Source of the DNA: the human T2T-CHM13v2.0 reference genome, Homo sapiens
Assembly: GCF_009914755.1 (NCBI RefSeq)
Contig: NC_060926.1
Length of the DNA stretch: 64,000 bases
Reading direction: 5' to 3' (one strand)
Shown here: one piece after another, positions 53,850-64,000 of the stretch
Layout: the number at the start of each line of letters is the position of its first letter
Numbering within the stretch: the first letter of the stretch is position 1
Notes under the pieces: generated by a model
Seen by the model: the letters and a program-made list of their open reading frames with translations, nothing else
The model's database searches: none
What the model was told of the DNA's origin: nothing
Program-made: the position numbers and the translations under genes

Positions 53850-54390
53850 TTTTATTTATGTTTTGAATAAGGAACACATTCACATAGTTCCATGGATACA
53901 AAAGGGTACAAAGGTGCAATATAAAATCTCCGTTCTACTATTTCCCAGACACTCAGTTTCCTCCCCTAGAGGCAACAGATGTTTTCAGTGTCTTGAGTAG
54001 ATAATCAAGAAAAATTTTCTGAATGTGTAAGAACATAAATATATTTGCCCCTTTTTACAAATGGTAGTACACCATACAGAGGGATCTGCACTTTGCCTTT
54101 TATTCTTAATATATCTTGGGAAAAACTCATATCACTACAAAATTAGATTTCCTCATTTTTTATGGCTATCTAGTATTCCACTGCTGTCAAAATTTGTTTA
54201 ACCAGTTCCTTTTTGATGGAACCCAAACATTGTTTATATTTGGCCATTACAAATAATGCTGTAATGGATATCCCTGTACATAGCCTCTCCATAGGTGTGA
54301 AGTTTATCAGAGAGTCAAATTCTAGAATGGGTATTGCTGGGTGAAAGGGAATGTGTATTTGCATTTTGGTAGATATTACTGAATCAACAA
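53850..54390 (-). mobile_element. Old L1M 3' fragment
   Basis: CTAGAATGGGTATTGCTGGGTGAAAGGGAATGTGTATTT and ORF 54170- (IPFHPAIPILE..., cf. L1 ORF2 C-terminal LPYDPAIPLLG). Confidence 0.65.
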
Positions 54391-54962
54391 ATATAATTTT
54401 ACTTAAGATATATAGCAGGATTTTTATAATAGCCATACTAACAAAAGAGAGGGAACAGAAACCATAGCTACTGTTTAGATTAAGGCCTTGGAAAGATAGT
54501 GTGAGGGTGGGTAGAGCTAAGAAGGATACACAAATCTAGAATTTGATCCCTCTCTTCTCTGTATACTCCAGATGCTAATTTCTACACAGTACACTTGGTA
54601 TCACTGAAGCATCATAATCATGTTGTCCAGAAGGTTTTGATTTTACTCCCTCTCTGAAAGAAACTCCCCAAATGGTACTTGAATCTACTGAAATCTCTTA
54701 CAGCATATCAATCATTTTTGACCAGTTACAGGTGTTTTCAGTGTGTTTCATGGACTCTTACTGTCATTAGCAAACTTTTACTGAATGCTTAGTTGGAGTC
54801 AGACTGTAATAAGTGCTTAACACTGTCATATAATTTTCTCAGGAACTTTATGAAATGGTTACTATTATTATCCTCTTTATATATATATAATTAAGAAAAA
54901 CCAAGGCCTGGATGAAGAACTCACTCGTGGTCATTCACTTGGTAAGTGAAGAACTGAAACTG

Positions 54963-55153
54963 CAGGGTTTCTCTACCTCAGTACTATTGATGTTTTGGGT
55001 TAGATAATTCTTTATGGTGGGGGCTGTCTTTTGCATTATAGAATGCTCTAGAAGCCAGTAGCATCCCTCCCCAAAGTTGTGACCACCAAAAATGTCTCCA
55101 GATATTGCCAGATGTCCTCTGGGGAGCAGCATCTTCCCAGTTAAGAACCACTG
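54963..55153. mobile_element. MER20 (hAT-Charlie)
   Basis: CCAAAAATGTCTCCAGATATTGCCAGATGTCCTCTGGGG...TTAAGAACCACTG. Confidence 0.8.
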
Positions 55154-56068
55154 CTCTGCTGCCTCTAAGCATTATCTCGTCTCCATCAGGTCTTCGATGA
55201 ACTCAGCTTCCCCTCAAATAGAAGGAGGAATAAAAGTAACTAGCTACAGTCTGAACCCCAGCAGCATCTCTGGTAGCAGAGAAGGAAAGACTTCTTCTTG
55301 GGCCAAATACATACTCTTCCTCACCTCCTTTTTCTGAAGACATTTAGGAAGGAGAAATAAGAGGAGTTTCTATATATTGAATGTTCACTGTGCTGGGCTA
55401 GGGCCGGGGCCTAAAGGCCATTATCTCATAAAATCTCCACAGCAGTCCCACGAAGTAGGTACTTTTATCATCTTCACTTTATAGATAAGGAAATTGAGGT
55501 TCACTTAGGTTAAGTGCCTTGTCCATGGTCATATAATGAGAGATGGAGCCAGGATGTTTACCTAAGTCTTTCTGACTCTAATGCATTGTGTAAAAAATTC
55601 CTTCCCTAGAGAACTAATCCTTCGCCACTCAGCTCACATTCTGTCTTCTCTGTGAAGTCTTCTCTGGTCTTCTGGTATGGAACCAGAACTCTCCTTCCTT
55701 AGGCATGCCTGTAGCACACTCTCCATCTCTCCAATTCTATCTATCGCACTGAAAAGGTATTTGCATTTTTTTGCAGTTCTTCAAAGATCCTGTTCTGGAT
55801 TGTGTTTTTGTCTCTTTGTACTTGTCTTTTTTCCCCCTTCTGGGTCCTTTTAAGCCAAGTTTTAAAAGTGCTGGTTTTCAGCAATTTGATTCTCATGTGC
55901 ATTGCTGTAGTGTCCTCCATGTGTCTTCTGCTTGGCTTCATTGAGAATCTTGGTTCTGTACATTTATTTCCACCATCCTGTCTTCAGCTATGTTTTACAT
56001 CTGTCTTTTCCCTCTGGGACTCTAATCATACATATTTAGCCATTGGCATTGTCTCACAGCTCAAATGA

Positions 56069-56574
<506 letters not shown>

Positions 56575-59500
56575 TACTATATTTTTTTTACCTCAAAAAT
56601 TAGCGTTTTCTTTTCTAGAAGTTTGATTTGGGTCTTTTTAATATCTTCCATGACCCCTTAATCATGCTCAATCTTTCCTCTACCCTCTGAAATATCTAAG
56701 TATAATAACTATCTTAATGTCTTTTTCTACCAAGTCTATGATCTATATAATCTCTGAATTTGTATTGATTGATTTTTCTAATTATTATGGGTCAGATGTT
56801 TTTGCTTCTTTGCATGCTTGATAATTCTTGATGAATATCAGACATTGTAAAGTTTATATTGTTGGGTGATGGATTTTTTTTCCTTTGCTTTAAGCCTTCT
56901 TCAGTTTTGTTCTGGAATATAGTCAGGTTATTTGGAAATAATTCAATCCCTTTGAGGCTTGCTTTTCAGCTGCGCAAGCTGGGTCCAAAGCAGCCTTTTT
57001 TTTTGTGGAGGGCTAATTTGCTCCCACTACTGATGCAATACCCTTCTGAGAACTGCATCCAATGCCTCATGTATTTCAAGGCTTTTCTTGGGTACTCTAG
57101 CTGGCAGGAGCATGGACTATTTTCCCCAGGCTGTGTGACCTCTGTGGATCACTTTACTTGCTCCTTTTTGCTTCAGCCTCAGTAGTTTCCTCACATGGAT
57201 ATGATGAACATCACTAACCTGAAGACTCAAAGTGGCCCTCTGCAGATCTCTGGGCTTTTTCTGTGCAGTCCTCTCTTCTCTCTTACTCTTCCCTGGGAAC
57301 TGTAACCTCTTTGGCCTCCCTAGACTCCTAGCTCTGCCTCCTTAACTCAGTAAGATCACCTGGCTCTGCCTGGATTCCCCCTGCCTGTGCCGTGGCCTAG
57401 AAATTCTATCCAGGCCACAAGCTGGAACAGTTGTAGGACTCACTTCATTCATTCCCCTTACTCAGGAACCACTGTATTATGTTGTCTGTTGCCCATTGTC
57501 TGAAAAGTGTTGTTTCATATATTTTTCAGGTTTTGGGGTTTTGTTGTTGTTGTTGTTTTGTTTTGTTTTGGCCCGTTACTCAACCATGGCTAGTAGTAGA
57601 GGTCCCTTATCACTGGTTTTAAAAACTCTGTCTTGCTTAGTATCCCACAAGCTCAGAGAGACAGTGGAAACAAGGCCTTTTATCTTTGTATCTTCAACAT
57701 CTGGCACAGTGACCCCAGGAAGCAGCAGCCTCTCCTCCATTCTTCCCCATAGAACAGTGGCAGGAAGAAGGGTTAAGGCTAGGACAGCTGCCAGTGGCTG
57801 AGAGTGGGGTTAGGATGTTCTGACCTGCTACAAAATCCTGCTGTAAAAACACATCTAGAATGAGCCACTTGGGAAATGGATATATTTTCTCTTATTACCA
57901 TTATTCCTGGGCCTTTGTTTTTATCAGTTTGCCAACCTGCTAGGAGCCAGATCCTGGCCTTTGTGTTTCTCTGCCATCGTGGTCCACATCTGTTATCATC
58001 TGGCTCAGTTTGTGCTTATTAGTTGACCACAGTTACCTCTTGGAACCCAGCTGCTGGATAGATAGGGCAGATGTGGGACAAGGGAGGAGCAGAGAGAAGT
58101 CATGCTCTTAGAAAATGTGAGTACTCCTATACTCTGTTGTTGGAAAGGGGCATAGAGGAACCCCATCAAATTAAAACCAGATTAGTGTTTGAACCTGAAA
58201 ATGTCCAACGGTGTCATTAATATATTTTTTAAAACTTTGAGGAAATTGTCTGACTATTCATTTATTAAGAAAAAAAGACATTTATTAAGAAAAAAAAGGA
58301 CAAAGAGAGAAGATGGTTTTGGCCCCCTATTGTTGAAATCTATTTCCAGAGTTGCTAGTGACATCACTTAGTATTTTTTGCCTTCTCTCACCCCCACCTT
58401 ACCCAAGAGAATCAGAAACTAAGTGACACAATATACCATAGAGGAGAAAGAACTTAGAGTATTTTTTAATGTTGATTTTTAAAACTATAAAGTTAGACTT
58501 GGAACTTATCTTACGTATCTGTTTGAGGCAGCGTATTCCTGTTATGAGGTCATGATCACTTTACTACCATGATTATTCCCTTTCTGGAGGAAAATATCAA
58601 AAAAATCATTGGAAGTTGGTATTTTGAAATGGAAAACCACTGATGATATGACCAACTGTTATCATCTCTGCTCAGATTCTTCAGCAGGAGGGACAAGAGA
58701 ACATGCAAATGGTGGCAGGCCCTGAAATTCTCATGAATTCGTGTGCCTGTCCAGCAGTTACAGATGCAAAGAGCATCTTCAAGAAACAGCTTCCTGTTCA
58801 AGGTGTATGACTTCAGAGACAGGTAGCCAATTGTGGGAGCAGAGCCTAAGTTATAAATTAGTGAATTGTTGAACTGCTAATCCCTCTTAGGTCCAAAGGT
58901 TAAGATTATTCATGATTTAATCTGAGATACTCCCAGATTTTACATGCCACACCTCAGTGCTGCAGTTGGCTGGAAATCACTTTGGCTTTCCAGCCTTCTA
59001 CTTTTTTATGGGTTGTAGAGGCCAGAAACTCAGTGGACGGACTGTTTACAACTGAATTCCTCACCTTCCCTCAAGCCTTCCTCTTACGTTTACTCTGTCA
59101 GGGAACTGGGCATTATCATCTATCTAGCTGTCCTACCCAGAAATCCATGGGTCATCCATGACATCTTCCTCTTCCCCTTACATCCAATCTGTCACAAAAG
59201 TCCTGTCAATCCCACTTCCAAAGTTTCTTTGAACATGATTCTGTTGCCATTTCCACAACCCTGGTTTAGGCTACCATCATCCCCCTGACTGTTTTAAATC
59301 TGCTGCAGCCTCCTAACCAGTCTCCCAGCCTTCCTCTGCCACTGTCCAATCGGTACTCCATATGGAAGCCACCATGGAGCAGTCAATCAGAAACAGAAAC
59401 CTGAACTTGCCATTCACTTCTCTGAGACTTTCAGTGGCTCCTATTTGATATGAATATGCTCATCATCGCAAGTCCAAATCCCTCAATGTGGCCTATAAGA

Positions 59501-61002
59501 CCCTATCAGAAAAGAGTATTGTGGTAGTAAGAGAGAATGAAATCCAGAAACAAAACAAAACAGAAACAAAACCATAAAGACTGATGGAAAACTTGGGTTA
59601 TGGTACAAAAACAGAACTTTGAAATGCCAAAATAATCCCACTAAGTTTTCTAGAAATCCTGAAGTACACATCTTTATATGCATTTTCACGTTTTACTGAG
59701 TCAAAAAAAAAAAAAAAAAAGCTAGACTCCACATGGTGCGTTTGGCAGGAGAGAGCTAAAATGTTAGTTACTATATGTGAGAGCAGATGGAGCTGGCTGT
59801 GGAGTCCAGATGGGAGGCAGCAAACAGACTCCTCCTAAACCTCACTCCTTCCCTCCCCAGTTCAATGGCTTTTGAAACTCAAGGTTGTGTAAAAATTAAT
59901 TTGTATTAAATTGCTTAAGATAATGTATTAACTACCATAGAAGGCTTCCAGCAGTTTTTAAAACTTGCTTTGAAAAACAAATAATCAAGCTATAATGGTG
60001 AACACAGAAGGAAGCCCAGACTTCCTTGGCTGTTTTTAAGCATTCACATTAAAGATACCAGCCTTAAAAACATATCTTTTTTGTGTTATTTGCAGAAGTT
60101 GGAAAATTAATAATAATTATTTATGTAGGTTACACATGTAACTGTGTAAGACACTGTGGTATATTTGTGCTTCATATAGTTTATCTCATTAAATTCTCAA
60201 AACTACCAGGTATGTGCATTATCAACCCGTTTTAGAGAGGAGAAAATCAGGCTCAGAAAGGCTACATAATTTGCCTGGGGCCACAGAGCCAGGGTTTGGT
60301 CCCAGGTCTCTGACTCCAGAGCCCAAGTTAGTAACCACCTACCATATGTGTAATGCTGGCATGTGAGTTTGAATAGGTCAGCCTGCTGGTTAGAATTATG
60401 AATGAAAAGTGCATTTCTAGATAGGAATTGCCTGTTTATCTTCAGGAATATCTCATTAGCTAATAAATGTTTTCCTTAACAGACTCAAGTGCTGCTGTGG
60501 TCTCAGACATGTTCATATGACATAGGTCTATGGAGGTCAAGATTGGTCAGAAGGCAAGTAAGAGGCAGAGTCACCCTGGAAAAGAGTGAACAGGGTTCAA
60601 GGTTACCTACATACAAGGCTGAAGTTTGGCAACACGACCAAGGGTGAAATAATAAGAAAAGACTTAGGCAGAGGCAAGGACTTAAATAGCTGATTCAGTG
60701 GGTTCATAACAGCTGAGTTCTTCTCAGACTAGAAAACAATGGAGTTTAAAGGGCTCTAGCTTTATAATTCCTGCCCTGTTTAAGGACATGGTCATTTATT
60801 CTGCCAGAACTGTGGTATCCCTAGCAGAGTTTGTTAGTTGCCTACCCAATACACGTTTTAATTTACCTTGAGCTTAGGAGTGGCCAGGGAGATGTAAGCA
60901 GAATTCATAAAGGCTCAGAGAAAACTCTTTAAATGGGGCTTATTCTGCTGGGAGGTGCATTCTCTTGCTCTTGTCCCTATCTGTTTCTTGCTGTTGGAAT
61001 AT

Positions 61003-63349
61003 TGATATGGTTTGGCTGTCTCCCCAACCAAATCACATCTTGGATTGTAACTCCCACAATTGTAACCTCCGCCTAGGTTTTAGACGTGACATGTCATGGG
61101 AGGAACCCAGTGGGAGGCAATTAAATTATGGGGGCAGGTCTTTCCCATGCTATTCTCGTGATAGTGAATAAGTCTCACGAGATCTGATAGTTTTCAAAAT
61201 GGGAGTTTCCCTGTACAAGCTCTCTCTCTTTGCCTGCTGCCATCCATGTAAGATGTGACTTCCTCCTCCTTGTCTTCCACCATGACTGTGAGGCCTCCCC
61301 AGCCGCATGGAACTGTAAGTCCCTTAAACCTCTCTTTCTTTTGTAAATCACCCAGTCTTGGGTATGTCTTTATCAGCAGTGTGAAAACGGACCAATACAG
61401 TAAATTGGTACCAGTAGAGTGGGGCATTGCTGAAAAGACACCCGAATATGTGGAAGCAACTTTGGAACTGGGTAACAGGCAGAGTTTGGAACAATTTGGA
61501 GGGCTCAGAAGAAGATAGGAAAATGTGGGAAAGTTTGGAACTCCCTAAAGGCTTGTTGAGTGGCTCTGACCAAAATGCTGATAATGATATGGACAATGAA
61601 ATCCAGGCTGAGGTGGTCTCAGATGGAGATGAGGAACTTGTTGGGAAGTGGAGCAATGGTGACTCTTGTTATGTTTTAGCAAAGAGACTGGCAGCATTTT
61701 GTCCCTGCCCTAGAGATTTGTGGAACTTTGAACTTGAGAGAGATGATTAAGGGTACCTGGCGGAAGAAATTTCTAAGCAGCAAAGCATTCTAGAGGTGAC
61801 TTGGCTGCTGTTAAAGGGCATATGAAACACAGCATAAAAGTTTGGAAAATTTGTAGGCTGACAATGCAATAGAAAAGAAAATATCATTTTCTGAGGAGAA
61901 ATTCAAGCCAGCTGCAGAAACTTGCATAAGTAATGAGGAGCTGAAAGTTAATCCCCAAGACAATGGGGAAAATGTCTCCAGGCCATGTCAGTGGTCTTCA
62001 AAGCAGCCCCTCCCATCACAGGCCCAGAGTCCTAGGAAGAAAAAATGGCTTCGTGGGCCAAGCCCAGTGTCCCCCTGCTGTGTGCAGTCTAGGACTTGGT
62101 GCCCTGCATCCCAGCCACTCTAGCCATGGCTAAAAGGGGCCAAGGTACAGCTTGGACAGTGGCTTCAGAGGGTGCAAGCCCCAAACCTTGGCAGCTTTCA
62201 TGTGGTATTGAGCTTGCAAGTCCACAGAAGTCAAGAATTGAGGTTTGGGAATCTCTGCCTAGGTTTTAGAGGATGTACGGAAATGCCTGGATATCCAGAA
62301 GGAAGTCTTCTGCAGGGGTGGGGCCCTCATGGAGAACCTCTGCTAGGGCAGTGTGGGAGGGAATGTGGGGGGGAGCCCCCACACAGAGTCCCCACCTGGG
62401 CATTGCCTAGTGGAGCTGTGAGAAGATGGCCACCATCCTCCAGACCCCAGAATGGTAGATCCACTGACAGCTTGCATTGTGCACCCGGAAAAGCTGCAGA
62501 TTCTCAATGCCAGCCCATGAAAATAGCTGGGAGGGAGGCTGTACCCTACAAAGCCACAGGGGCAGAGCTTCCCAAGACCACAGGAACCTACCTCTTGCAT
62601 TAGCATAACCTGGATGCTGAAACTCTTGTTTTAACACGGAGTCAAAGGAGATAATTTCGGAACTTGAAGATTTGACTGCCCCACTGGATTTCAGACTTGC
62701 ATGGGGCCTTTAGCCCCTTTGTTTTGGCCAATTTCTCCCATTTGGAATGGGTGTATTTATCAAATGCCTATACTCCCATTTTATCTAGGAAGTAACTAAC
62801 TTGCTTTTGATTTTACTGGCTCATAGGCAGAAGGGATTTGCCTTATCTCAGATGAGACTTTGGACTGTGAACTTTTGAGTTAATGCTGAAATGAGCTAAG
62901 GCTTTGGGGGACCGTTGGGAAAACATGATTGGTTTTGAAATGTGGGGACATGAGATTTGGGTGGGGCCAGTGGTGGAATGATACAGTTTGGGTGTGTCCC
63001 CACCAAAATCTCATCTCGAATTGTAACTCCCACAACTCCCACATGTCGTAGGAGGAACCCAGTGGGAGGTGATTGAATTATGTGGGCAGGTCTTTCCCAT
63101 GCTGTTCTCATAATATTGAATAAGTCTTAGAAAGTCTGACAGTTTTAAAAATGTGAGTTTCCCTGCACAAGCTCTCCCTCTTTGCCTGCTGCCATCCATG
63201 TAAAATGTGATGCTCCACCTTGCCTTCCACCATGATTGTGAGGCTTCCCCAGCAACGTGGAACTGTAAGTCCATTAAACCTTTCTTTCTTTTGTAAATCA
63301 ACCAGTCTTGGGTATGTCTTTATTAGCAGTGTGAAAACGGACTAATACA
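61003..63349 (+). mobile_element. Full-length THE1B-type MaLR (5' LTR 61003-61399, internal 61400-62978, 3' LTR 62979-63349)
   Basis: Two TG...CA LTRs; internal region begins GTAAATTGGTACCAGTAGAGTGGGG; exact 5-bp TSD AATAT at 60998-61002 and 63350-63354. Confidence 0.92.
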
Positions 63350-63460
63350 AATATGCACATGATAGTTGGAACCAGAGTGGCCATCTTGTGACTATGAGGC
63401 AAACTTGACTACGGCAGCCATGTGCTAAGGAAAGATAAAGGAGAACTAGGTTTCTTTATC

Positions 63461-63774
<314 letters not shown>

Positions 63775-64000
63775 AAGAACTAGGTTTCTGATGGCTATGG
63801 AACTGCCATATAATAGCAGTATAGCATTGGCTTTTCTAGATTATTTTTATTTTTTACTAGGAGCTAAATATAATTCCTAAATGAGAAAATTGATTTCATA
63901 TTGTAGGTCTCTATTTTCTGACTATCTGTGCAGGTGGCACAGTGTTTTGGGCATCTTGATACTCAAAGATAATGCTTAGTATGAAGGCATATTAGCTCAT

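Noticed and set aside
61194-63301. ORFs within THE1
   Set aside because: Fragmented remnants of the MaLR internal ORF and LTR sequence, broken by stops and frameshifts.

Overview
Human (primate) genomic DNA, recognisable as the 2q31.2 TTC30A/PDE11A interval. It holds the complete intronless minus-strand gene TTC30A (IFT70A; CDS 37013-35016, 665 aa) with a CpG-island promoter carrying an RFX X-box and ZNF143, NRF1 and ETS motifs. It also holds the terminal exon of PDE11A on the minus strand (last 52 codons at 47869-47711, then a ~6.15 kb 3'UTR ending near 41556). Positions above 47870 are PDE11A's last intron. The rest is mostly interspersed repeat: about 19 Alus, a solo LTR13, a full-length THE1B-type MaLR with target-site duplications (TSDs), other LTRs, L1/L2/MIR fragments and DNA transposons. 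Most notable unexplained items: (i) a 312-bp, ~95% identical inverted duplication whose left copy splits an Alu monomer; (ii) several small templated insertions, one copied into the THE1 5' LTR from the element's own interior; (iii) a chain of AG/GT-bounded, partly phase-compatible exon-like blocks on the minus strand at 14.9-24.4 kb, possibly a decayed or unannotated gene (speculative). Nearly all other ORFs in the track are repeat-derived or chance. Repeat subfamily names are from memory of consensus sequences and need RepeatMasker/Dfam confirmation.
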